This document shows positions 30,173 to 38,742 of a stretch of 64,000 bases of DNA, in pieces. A program made the position numbers and the translations under genes. The stretch comes from an uncultured Gemmatimonadales bacterium (GTDB taxonomy: Bacteria; Gemmatimonadota; Gemmatimonadetes; Gemmatimonadales; Gemmatimonadaceae): assembly GCA_963851265.1 (NCBI GenBank), contig CAWKNZ010000012.1, forward strand, positions 1 to 64,000, written 5' to 3'. A model generated the notes under the pieces. The model was not told where the DNA came from, did no database searches, and saw only the letters and a program-made list of their open reading frames with translations. The stretch's first letter is position 1, and each line of letters starts with the position of its first letter.

Positions 30173-31641
30173 GGCGTCTTCGGCAGCGCGCGCGCGGACC
30201 GCGCGCGACGCGAGAGAGTGCGGGCGGCGGGACCCGGTGTGGGGGCGGCGGCCGGTGCGGCGTCGGGGGTGCCGACCGTCGGCGCCGCGAGGCCGGGCAC
30301 CGACTCGGCGGTGAGCGGCGGGGCGGGCACGTCGGCGGCCGTGTCGGCCGCCACGCCCGCGACGTCGACGCCGGCGGCGCGCTCCAGCGCGAACACGCTC
30401 ACCCAGTAGTCGTGCACGCTGGTGTAGTAGTCCGACCGCGTCTCGGCGTCGGTGCGCAGCGCGTCGATGAGTTCGAGCTGCGAGATGGCCCCCGCGCGGT
30501 ACGCGTACTGCGCCGCGGACACGGCTCCGCGCGCCTTGGCGAGCAGGCCGCTCTCGTAGCGTTCGGCCAGCGCGCGCGATACGCGGTACTGGTCGAGCGC
30601 GGTGGCGACGTCGGTCTCGACCTGCACGCGGGCGCGCTCCTCGGCCACCTCCGACGCGGCCACGCCGGCCCGGGCGCGCTGCCGCTCGCCCCCGAAGAAG
30701 TTCAGGAACGGGATCTCCGCGCCGAAGCCGAGCATGTAGAAGCGGTTGTTCTCGAAGCGCACGTGCTGCTGCCCGACGATCGAGACTTGCGGCACGGGCA
30801 CGAGGTTCGCGCGGGCGTTGCCGAGGATCGCGCGGCTCTGGGCGATGCGCACGCCGGCGCTCCGCAGGTCGGGGCGTTCGCGCAGGGCGACGTCCCGGAT
30901 GCCCGCCGTGTCGACCGCGACGGGGCGGTAGTGGAGCGTGCCCGCGGCGGCGAGGCCGGTGTCGGGCGCGGCCACGCCCATGAGCTGCTGCAGGGCGAGC
31001 CGTGCCGCACGGGACTGCGCGACCGCGCGCGCGTACGCCGCGTCGCTCCGCGCGAACTCCAACTCGCTGCGCGTCAGGTTGAGCGCGGGCACGTCGCCGT
31101 CGCGCAGTCGCACCGAGTCGGCCGCGAGCACGCGCCGCACGGCCTCGCGCTGCTCGCCGGCCACGTCGCGCAGCGACTGCGCCAGGAGCGCGTCGTAGAA
31201 GCTCTGGCGGACGTTGTAGGCGACCTGTCGCCGCGTGTCGGTGTTGTCCAGCCGGGTGGCGTCGTAGCCGAGGCGCGAGGCGCGGGTGCGGAAGAGCCGC
31301 GCGGGGGTGAGGTCGATCGGCTCGGTGAGCGAATACTGGGTGGGCACGTTGGGCACGACCCCGACCGACGGGTTGGGGATCGCGCGCGCGATGCGGCGTT
31401 CGCCCTGAGCGGAATCCTCGCGCAGCCGCGCGGTGAGGAGGTCCGGGTTGGCGCGCAGCGCGGCCGCGAGCGCGCCGGCGAGGGTGACCACGCGGGCGGG
31501 CGGCGCGGGTGGTTGCGCGCACGCGTCGCGCGCCCCCGCGGTCACGCACGCGACACCCGCGAACGCGCGGAGCGCGGCCGCGCGGACAAAGGCGGCGCGC
31601 GGGGCGCGCGACACGGGTGGACGACGGCGGAGAGGCACCAA
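30169..31641 (-). CDS. TolC/CzcC-family outer membrane efflux protein
   Basis: ALRANPDL, ALRERPDL, YRAGAISQLELIDALR; first gene of the CBA operon; start approximate. Confidence 0.9.
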   Translation of the reverse strand: MVPLRRRPPVSRAPRAAFVRAAALRAFAGVACVTAGARDACAQPPAPPARVVTLAGALAAALRANPDLLTARLREDSAQGERRIARAIPNPSVGVVPNVPTQYSLTEPIDLTPARLFRTRASRLGYDATRLDNTDTRRQVAYNVRQSFYDALLAQSLRDVAGEQREAVRRVLAADSVRLRDGDVPALNLTRSELEFARSDAAYARAVAQSRAARLALQQLMGVAAPDTGLAAAGTLHYRPVAVDTAGIRDVALRERPDLRSAGVRIAQSRAILGNARANLVPVPQVSIVGQQHVRFENNRFYMLGFGAEIPFLNFFGGERQRARAGVAASEVAEERARVQVETDVATALDQYRVSRALAERYESGLLAKARGAVSAAQYAYRAGAISQLELIDALRTDAETRSDYYTSVHDYWVSVFALERAAGVDVAGVAADTAADVPAPPLTAESVPGLAAPTVGTPDAAPAAAPTPGPAARTLSRRARSARALPKTP

Positions 31642-31661
31642 TCAGCCTACCCGCACCCCGC

Positions 31662-31722
31662 GCTAAGCCGCTGCTAACGGACGCCCGCGTGCTGCTAAGA
31701 CTCTGCTAACGCGAGGGTTAGC
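31662..31722 (-). promoter_or_regulatory. Tandem direct-repeat boxes, candidate OmpR-family binding sites for the efflux operon
   Basis: GCTAA at 31662, 31673, 31694, 31705 (spacing 11/21/11), plus inverted GTTAGC at 31717-31722. Confidence 0.65.
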
Positions 31723-31732
31723 GCGCTGCCCG

Positions 31733-33187
31733 TCAGCCGCCGGCGTCCGCGTCGTCGGCCGACACGTCGCCGACCGCCGCCCCCGGCAGCCGCAATTCGA
31801 ACACGCTGCCCCCGCCCTCGCGCGGCGCGTAGTCCAGCGTTCCCCCCTGCGCCTCCGCGAGGGCGCGCGCCGTCGCGAGGCCGAGCCCCGCGCCGCCGAC
31901 GTCGGCCCGCGCCCCGGCTCCGCGATAGAACGGCGTGAAGATCCGCTCCCGCTCCCCCTCGGGAACTCCCGGGCCGCGGTCGCGCACCGCGAACACCAGC
32001 CGGCCGTCCGCCTCGTACGCCGCGAGCTCGACCGGCGACCCCGGCGGCGCGTACTTGTTCGCGTTCTCGACCAGATTCCCCAGCACGCGCAGCGTCGCCA
32101 CGAAATCGAACGTTCCCGCGAGCGGCGGATCGTCGTCGGGCAACTCCACCGCGAGCACGCGCGCCGGGACGGTCTCGTGTCCGGCGCCGAGCACGCCCGC
32201 CACGTGCCGCCGCAGGGCGCCGACCACGTCCTCCGCCGTGTTCAGCTCGGGGTGCACCACCACGCCGCCGGCGCGCGCGCGCGAGAGGTCCAGCAGGTCC
32301 GTCACCATGCGCGCCAGCCGGTCGGCCTGCTCCTCGACCATGGCCGCGTTCGCGTCGCCGCGGCGCGCACTCTCGTGGGCGAGCGCCTTGATCGTCGTGA
32401 GCGGGGTGCGCAGGTCGTGCGACACGGCCGCGAGCAGCTGGTCCTTCATCCGGTCGGCCTCGCGCAGCGCCTCGGCGTGTTCCGCCGCGGCCACGAGGCG
32501 CACGCGCTCGACCGCGAGCGCGGCGTAGTGCGCGAGCGCTTCGAGGAACGCCGCCCGCGACGCGTCGAGTCGGATGCCGCCCGGCCGCGCGAGGCGCAGC
32601 GTGCCCACCGGCCGCCCCGAGATCCGCAGTGGCACGACCGTGTCGTCGGGCGCGCGGTCCGCGGCAGTGCCTAACGTGGCGAGCGGGGCGCCCGCCGCGT
32701 CGTAGATCGCGCAGCCGTCGAGCGCGAGCGTGCGCGCGAGCACCGCGGCCACCGCGCCGACCGCCGCCTCGGCCCGCCCGGCGCTCAACGCCTCGGCCCC
32801 CACGGCGGCCAGCTCGCCCACCTCGCTCGCCCGCCGCCGAGCCGCCAGCGCTTCGCGGCGCGCGGCCTCCAGCAGCTGCGTGGCGACGCCGGCCGTGACG
32901 AAGAACGCCACGAGCACCACCCAGTCGAGCGGCTTCGCGACGGTCAGCGTGTCGAACGGCGGCTGGAAGAAGTAGTCGACCAGCGCCGCCGCCTCGGCCG
33001 CGAGCACGAGGCCGAGCGCGCGCCCCTCGGTCGCGCTGCCCGCGAGGACCACGAGCAGCAGCGGCAGCACCACGTGCACCTGGTCGATGTGCCCGCGGCG
33101 CACGGTGAGCGCGACCGACATGATCGCCGGCACGCTCGTCCACCCCGCCCAGATGCCGAGCCGCCGCGCGGCGCGGCCGGGCCGCAC
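31733..33187 (-). CDS. KdpD-like sensor histidine kinase (DUF4118-type TM, GAF-like, HisKA, HATPase)
   Basis: DYFFQPPFDTLTV..PLDW, AVSHDLRTPLTTIK, NLVENANKY, DRGPG, GAGLGL. Confidence 0.9.
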   Translation of the reverse strand: MRPGRAARRLGIWAGWTSVPAIMSVALTVRRGHIDQVHVVLPLLLVVLAGSATEGRALGLVLAAEAAALVDYFFQPPFDTLTVAKPLDWVVLVAFFVTAGVATQLLEAARREALAARRRASEVGELAAVGAEALSAGRAEAAVGAVAAVLARTLALDGCAIYDAAGAPLATLGTAADRAPDDTVVPLRISGRPVGTLRLARPGGIRLDASRAAFLEALAHYAALAVERVRLVAAAEHAEALREADRMKDQLLAAVSHDLRTPLTTIKALAHESARRGDANAAMVEEQADRLARMVTDLLDLSRARAGGVVVHPELNTAEDVVGALRRHVAGVLGAGHETVPARVLAVELPDDDPPLAGTFDFVATLRVLGNLVENANKYAPPGSPVELAAYEADGRLVFAVRDRGPGVPEGERERIFTPFYRGAGARADVGGAGLGLATARALAEAQGGTLDYAPREGGGSVFELRLPGAAVGDVSADDADAGG

Positions 33188-33188
33188 G

Positions 33189-33971
33189 CTACGCGGACCG
33201 CGGCGGTTCGAACCGGTAGCCCACGCCGGGCTCGGTCACGATCAGCTCGGGCGACGACGGCACCCGCTCGATCTTGCGCCGCAGGTTGGTCACGTGCACG
33301 CGCAGGTACTGCGCGGCGTTCCCGAACTGCCGCGCCCACACGGCGTCGAAGATCTGCTTGTGCGTCAGCGTGCGCCCGGCTTCCGCGGCGAGCGTGCGGA
33401 GGATCCCCCACTCGATGGGCGTGAGCCCCAGCGATTGCCCGCCGCGCGTGGCCACGCGCCGGTGGAAGTCGATCACGAGGTCGCCCACGCGCAGCGGCGT
33501 GAGTTCGCTCGCGCCCGCGGCGCGCATGTTGGCCCGGCGCAGCTGCGCGCGCACGCGGGCCGCGAGTTCGCCCGGGCCGAACGGCTTCGTGAGGTAGTCG
33601 TCCGCGCCGGCGTCGAGCAATCGGATCTTCTCCTGCTCGGAATGCCGGGCCGACAACACGAGAACCGGGGCGGGCGACCAGCTCCGCAGCTCGCGGCACA
33701 CCGTGATGCCGTCCATGTCGGGGAGCCCGAGGTCGAGCACGACGAGGTCGGGCCCGCGCGCCGCGGCGGTGTCGAGCGCGTCGCGGCCGGTGGCCGCCTC
33801 GAACACCGTCGCGCCGAGCTCCTCGAGCACGTGGCGCACGGCGTGGCGGATCTGCGGCTCGTCGTCGACGACCAGCACGGTCGGCGGAACCGGCACCGCG
33901 CCGGCGGGGCTGGCGGCCGCGACGGCCGCCGACACGGGACCCGAGGAAGCGAGGAGCGACGAATCGGTCAC
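33189..33971 (-). CDS. KdpE-like OmpR-family response regulator
   Basis: VVDDEPQI, LDLGLPDMDG, GADDYLTKPF, YLRVHVTNLRRKIE, TEPGVGYRF; start uncertain. Confidence 0.92.
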   Translation of the reverse strand: MTDSSLLASSGPVSAAVAAASPAGAVPVPPTVLVVDDEPQIRHAVRHVLEELGATVFEAATGRDALDTAAARGPDLVVLDLGLPDMDGITVCRELRSWSPAPVLVLSARHSEQEKIRLLDAGADDYLTKPFGPGELAARVRAQLRRANMRAAGASELTPLRVGDLVIDFHRRVATRGGQSLGLTPIEWGILRTLAAEAGRTLTHKQIFDAVWARQFGNAAQYLRVHVTNLRRKIERVPSSPELIVTEPGVGYRFEPPRSA

Positions 33972-34170
33972 GGCGTCAGGGGCAAGAGGACACGCAGGAA
34001 TCTGGCGATCCGAAGGGCAGGTGCCAGTCCCGGCGCCCGCAAGGTTCCCAAGCGGGCGCCGCCGTCCGTGACGAAACGCGTGCGGGGTGCCGCTCCCGTG
34101 TTGGAGCGGCACCCCGCACGGCACCCGTGCAACGCGGCGCGTGTCGCGCGCCGCGTTGCACGCGCCGGGG

Positions 34171-34599
34171 TCACGGCGTGCGCGTGCCGCCCGAACCGCC
34201 CGAGCCCGAGCCGGCCGTCCCGGCACCTGCCGCCCCGGATCCGCCCGTACCGCCCGCGCCGCTCGTCCCGGCGGTGCCGCCCGTGCCGCCGCTCGTCGCG
34301 CCAGCGCCCATGCCCGCTCCGGCGCCGCTCGTCCCGGCGCCCGCTGCCCCGGCCCCGGCCGCACCCGCGCCGGTCGAGCCCGACATGCCGGCGCCGCCGT
34401 TCATGCCGCGCATGCTCGTATCAGCGCCGGCACCGCCGGCGGCACCGCCCGCCGCACCCGTGCTGCTGGAGCTGCTCGCGCCGCCGGCCGAGCCGCCCAT
34501 CGCGGCGCTGTCGCCGGCGGCGCCCTTGTTCCCGCCGCAGGCAGCGGCCGCGACGACCGCGGCGCCCAGGGCGAATGTCGTGAGATAGCGCTTGGTCAT
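34171..34599 (-). CDS. Small Gly/Ala/Ser-rich lipoprotein
   Basis: MTKRYLTTFALGAAVVAAAAC signal with lipobox Cys; GGAGA RBS; low-complexity body. Confidence 0.75.
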   Translation of the reverse strand: MTKRYLTTFALGAAVVAAAACGGNKGAAGDSAAMGGSAGGASSSSSTGAAGGAAGGAGADTSMRGMNGGAGMSGSTGAGAAGAGAAGAGTSGAGAGMGAGATSGGTGGTAGTSGAGGTGGSGAAGAGTAGSGSGGSGGTRTP

Positions 34600-34636
34600 C
34601 TGTGGATCTCCACGTGGTGAGGGGTGGTAATCGTCG

Positions 34637-35653
34637 TCAATCGCGCCCGTGCCCGCGACCGCGGGCGGCGAGTGCGACGCCGACGCCGAGCGCCGCGGCG
34701 CCGAGCACCGTGACGAACGGGTTGAGCGCGGCCGCCGTGAACGCGCTCGACTGCATGACGTGCCCGGAATACCGGCCGCGCTCGCGGCCGCTGCCGCTGC
34801 GCGGCGCGTAGAGCGTGGCGTCGTCGCGGGCCGGGCGGTCGGTCTGCTGGCCGCTGAACGCGGTCGCCCGCTTCATCCGGTCGACGATCCGCGGCGCGAA
34901 CGTCTCGAGGGTGGTGTAGAGCTTGGCGCTGCCGCCGACCTTGATGTCGCGGTAGGGCACCTCTGCCGCCGCCAGGATCGCGCGCGCGACGACCATCGGC
35001 GCGTACACCGGCGCCTGGTGCGTCGGCTCGACGCCCATCTGGTTGCCCGCGTGCTGCGGGTACGGCGTGTCGACGGCGGCCGGCTTCACGAGTGTGACCG
35101 AGACGGGCACGCCGTCGTGCTCCAACTCCACGCGCAGCGCGTCGGTGAAGCCCTTGACCGCGTGCTTGCTCGCCGAGTAGTGCCCCTGCAACGGCATCGC
35201 CGTGTCGGAGAGCACCGAGCCGACGTTGATGAGCGCGCCGCCACCACGGCGTTTGAGGTACGGCACCGCGACGAGCGAGCCGTGCACGACTCCCCAATAG
35301 TTGGTCTCGAACAGGCGCCGCGCGTCGGCCAGCGGCACGTCGCCCACACGCCCGTAGATCGAGACGCCGGCGTTGTTCACCCAGGTGTCGATGCCCCCGA
35401 ACGCGGCCGCCGCGCGCTCCGCGACCGCGGCCACGGCGTCGAAATCCGCGACGTCGGCGACGACGTACTCGGCGCGCCCGCCCTCGGCCCGGATGGCGTC
35501 GACCGCGACCGACAGATCGTCCTCGTCGCGCGACGCGAGCACGACCTTCGCGCCGCGCCGTGCCGCCTCGCGCGCCGTTACCAGCCCGATGCCGCTCGAT
35601 GCGCCGGTGATCACGATGACCTGCTGGCCCAACTGCTTGAGCGTCACGCCCAT
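34637..35653 (-). CDS. Short-chain dehydrogenase/reductase
   Basis: TGASSGIG, NNAG, YSASK. Confidence 0.93.
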   Translation of the reverse strand: MGVTLKQLGQQVIVITGASSGIGLVTAREAARRGAKVVLASRDEDDLSVAVDAIRAEGGRAEYVVADVADFDAVAAVAERAAAAFGGIDTWVNNAGVSIYGRVGDVPLADARRLFETNYWGVVHGSLVAVPYLKRRGGGALINVGSVLSDTAMPLQGHYSASKHAVKGFTDALRVELEHDGVPVSVTLVKPAAVDTPYPQHAGNQMGVEPTHQAPVYAPMVVARAILAAAEVPYRDIKVGGSAKLYTTLETFAPRIVDRMKRATAFSGQQTDRPARDDATLYAPRSGSGRERGRYSGHVMQSSAFTAAALNPFVTVLGAAALGVGVALAARGRGHGRD

Positions 35654-35870
35654 GCCGGATCTACATGTAGAGCCTGCCGCCGACCCGTCATCATCCTCCG
35701 CCGCACCCGATCACGTTCTACTCGACTGTGGAGCGTTCGTGCTCCCACACGCCGGCTCCGAGCAATGCGCGTACCGCGATGTCGATCGGTGCCAAATTAT
35801 CGGCGGGCTCCGCCACAGGCTCCGTCCAACGTCTTCGTTACCGGGCGCTTCCGTCCTTCACCGCCGCCGC

Positions 35871-37358
35871 ATGTCCCGCAATCCCGCCGAGTCCGCGCTC
35901 CTCACCGACCTCTACCAGCTCACGATGGCGCTCGGCTACTGGCGCGCGGGGCGCGAAGCGCGCGAGGCGGCGTTCCACCTCTACTTCCGCACGGCCCCGT
36001 TCGGCGGCGGATACACGGTCGCCTGCGGGCTCGATGCCGCCGCCGACTACCTCGACGGCTTCCGCTTCGCGTCCGACGAGCTCACCTACCTCGGCACGCT
36101 CGAGGACGCCGACGGCCGCCCGCTCTTCCCCGCCGCCTTCCTCGACCACCTCGGCGCGGTCCGCCTCGCGCTCGACGTCGACATGGTCGCCGAGGGCGCG
36201 GTCGTGTTCGCCAACGAGCCGCTCGTGCGCGTGCGCGGCCCCATCCTCCACGCCCAGCTCGTCGAGACCGCGCTGCTCGCGCACGTCGGGTTTTCGACGC
36301 TGGTCGCGACAAAGGGCGCGCGCGTCGCGCTCGCCGCCGGCGGCGACGAGGTGCTCGAGTTCGGGCTGCGCCGCGCCCAGGGCCCCGACGGCGGCCTCGC
36401 GGCCAGCCGCGCCGCGTACGTCGGCGGGTGCGGCGCCACGAGCAACGTGCTCGCGGGCATGAAGTTCGGCATCCCCGTGCGCGGAACCCACGCCCACAGC
36501 TGGGTGATGAGCTTCGACAGCGAGGCCGAAAGCTTCGCCGCCTACGCCGACGCGCTCCCCGGCAACTGCGTCTTCCTCGTCGACACGTACGACACGCTCG
36601 AAGGCGTACGCCACGCGGTCGAGGCGGGCCGCGCCCTCCGCGCCCGCGGCCACCAGCTGTTAGGCATCCGCCTCGACTCCGGCGACCTCGCCTACCTGAG
36701 CCGGGCCGCGCGCCGCCTGCTCGACGACGCCGGCTTCGCCGACGCGCGCATCCTCGCCTCCAACGACCTCGACGAGCACCTGATCGAGAGCCTCAAGCGC
36801 CAGGGCGCCGCGATCGCCGTGTGGGGCGTCGGCACGCGCCTCGTCACGGCCTACGACCACCCCGCGCTCGGCTGCGTCTACAAGCTCACCGCGATGCGGG
36901 ACGCCGACGGCGCATGGCAGCCGCGCGTGAAGGTGAGCGAGCAGACGGCGAAGACGACCACGCCCGGCGTCCTCCAGGTGCGGCGCTACCGCGACGGCGC
37001 GTCGCCCGGTGGGGCGTCCTTTACCGGCGACATGCTCTACGACGAACTCGGCCCGCCCGCACCGGGCGCGGCGACGATGGTCGACCCGCTCGACCCGACG
37101 CGCCGCAAGCGCTTCGCGGCCGACGCACCGTACGACGAGTTGCTCCAGCCGGTGTTCGCGCGGGGCGTGCGCGTGCGCGACGCGGTGCCGCTCGCGGCGG
37201 CGCGCGAGCGGGCGCGGGGCGAGCTCGCGGCGTTGCCGGAGGGGACCACCCGGCTCGCCAACCCGCACCGCTACCCGGTCGGGCTGGAGCGCGGGCTGTA
37301 CGAGCGCAAGACGGCGCTGGTGCTCGCGGCGCGCGGCGTGGACGCGCCGGCAGGCTGA
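35871..37358 (+). CDS. pncB: Nicotinate phosphoribosyltransferase
   Basis: LLTDLYQLTM, EFGLRRAQG, GTHAHSWV, LVDTYDT, GIRLDSGDL, GVGT, GCVYKL. Confidence 0.95.
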   Translation: MSRNPAESALLTDLYQLTMALGYWRAGREAREAAFHLYFRTAPFGGGYTVACGLDAAADYLDGFRFASDELTYLGTLEDADGRPLFPAAFLDHLGAVRLALDVDMVAEGAVVFANEPLVRVRGPILHAQLVETALLAHVGFSTLVATKGARVALAAGGDEVLEFGLRRAQGPDGGLAASRAAYVGGCGATSNVLAGMKFGIPVRGTHAHSWVMSFDSEAESFAAYADALPGNCVFLVDTYDTLEGVRHAVEAGRALRARGHQLLGIRLDSGDLAYLSRAARRLLDDAGFADARILASNDLDEHLIESLKRQGAAIAVWGVGTRLVTAYDHPALGCVYKLTAMRDADGAWQPRVKVSEQTAKTTTPGVLQVRRYRDGASPGGASFTGDMLYDELGPPAPGAATMVDPLDPTRRKRFAADAPYDELLQPVFARGVRVRDAVPLAAARERARGELAALPEGTTRLANPHRYPVGLERGLYERKTALVLAARGVDAPAG

Positions 37359-37382
37359 GTGCCGCGCGCTGACGGCCGCGCG

Positions 37383-37565
37383 CTACGCCGCCGGCGCGCG
37401 CCACACGAGCCGCGCCGCCCAGGCGCTGAACGCGGCCGCGAGGAGCGTGATCACCACGTACGCCGGGTCCGACGCCAGGCGCGGCGACTCGGCGACGACG
37501 CGCCACACGTGCACGACCACGAGCAGGCCGAAGATGAGACCGGTCGTCATCACGTACGCCTTCAT
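37383..37565 (-). CDS. Small two-TM membrane protein
   Basis: 60 aa, two hydrophobic helices, GGAGA RBS, GC-typical codons. Confidence 0.7.
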   Translation of the reverse strand: MKAYVMTTGLIFGLLVVVHVWRVVAESPRLASDPAYVVITLLAAAFSAWAARLVWRAPAA

Positions 37566-37662
37566 GGGCAGTCTCCGGGGAGGGGAAATGGCGAGGGGGC
37601 GGGCCGGCGCGGCGGCAGGCGCGGCCCGGACCGGCGAATGTAGGGCGCGCCGCGCGGCCCGC

Positions 37663-38742
37663 TCACACGCCGCGCAGCCGCACCACCGCCCCCTCGCGCG
37701 CCGACCGCAGCGCAGCCTCGATCACCTCGAGCCCGGCGGCCGCGTCGTCCACCGACACCGGCGGCGGGGCCCCGTCCCGGATCGCATCGCGTACCCCGGC
37801 GTAGAACTCGCCGTACGCCCCGGCCTCCGTCCGCACCGCGCGCACGACGTCCCCCGCGCCGAGCGTCCCCCACGCCGTGTCGGGCTCCTCGCCCCACCCC
37901 GCGCCGCCCGGCCGGCCGCCGCGCGCGAGCGCGTCCTCCTGCGGATCGAGCCCGAATTTGACGTACGCCCCGCGGCTGCCTAACACGCGGAACCGCGCCC
38001 CCGGCTGCCCCGCGAGCGCGCTCGCCATGAGGTGCGACCGCACCCCCGACGCGTGCGTGAGCGCGACGAACACGTCGTCGTCCACCGCCGCACCCTCCGC
38101 CCCGCCCGGCCGCCGCCGGTCCCGCTCGGCGTACACCTCGCGCGCCGCCCCGAAGAGCACGATCGCCTGGTCGACGAGGTGCGTGCCGAGGTCGAAGAGC
38201 AGACCCGTCGCGGCCCCCTCGCCCCCCACCTCCTTCCACCCCGCGCGCGGCACCGGCCGCCACCGGTCGAAGCGCGACTCCAGGCGGTGCACGTCGCCTA
38301 ACGCGCCCGCCGCGACGAGCGCGCGCACCGTGCGGAAGTCGCCGTCCCACCGCCGGTTGTGGAACGGCACCAGCACCACCCCGCGCGCCCGCGCCTCCGC
38401 CCCGAGCAGCCGCGCCTCGCCCGCCGTCGGCGCCAGCGGCTTGTCGATCACCGCGTGCCTCCCCGCCGCGACCGCCGCCCGGGCCAGCGGCACGTGCGTC
38501 GCGTTCGGCGTCGTCACCACGACGAGGTCGACCGGCGCGAGCCCCTCGCTCCCGTCCCACAGCGCCTCGGGCCGTGCGACCACGCGCACGCCGGGGTACG
38601 CGGCCTCCGCCTTCGCGCGCCGCTCGGCGTCGCGGGTGACCACCGCCGTCAGCTGCATGCCCGGCGTGGCCGCGACGAGCGGCGCGTGAAAGACCGACCC
38701 GCCGAGGCCGAAGCCGACCACGCCGACGCGCAGGGTGTTCAT
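37663..38742 (-). CDS. Gfo/Idh/MocA oxidoreductase (YdgJ/IolW-like)
   Basis: GVVGFGLGG..FHAP, IDKP, FHNRRWDGDF, DLGTHLVDQ, GLDPQE. Confidence 0.93.
   Translation of the reverse strand: MNTLRVGVVGFGLGGSVFHAPLVAATPGMQLTAVVTRDAERRAKAEAAYPGVRVVARPEALWDGSEGLAPVDLVVVTTPNATHVPLARAAVAAGRHAVIDKPLAPTAGEARLLGAEARARGVVLVPFHNRRWDGDFRTVRALVAAGALGDVHRLESRFDRWRPVPRAGWKEVGGEGAATGLLFDLGTHLVDQAIVLFGAAREVYAERDRRRPGGAEGAAVDDDVFVALTHASGVRSHLMASALAGQPGARFRVLGSRGAYVKFGLDPQEDALARGGRPGGAGWGEEPDTAWGTLGAGDVVRAVRTEAGAYGEFYAGVRDAIRDGAPPPVSVDDAAAGLEVIEAALRSAREGAVVRLRGV

Noticed and set aside
34127..34588. Pro-rich plus-strand ORF
   Set aside because: Antisense of the Gly-rich lipoprotein, which has the RBS and lipobox.
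35660..35671. Perfect palindrome TCTACATGTAGA between the SDR gene and pncB (possible NAD-regulator site)
   Set aside because: Single copy far from the pncB start, and I cannot match it to a known operator.
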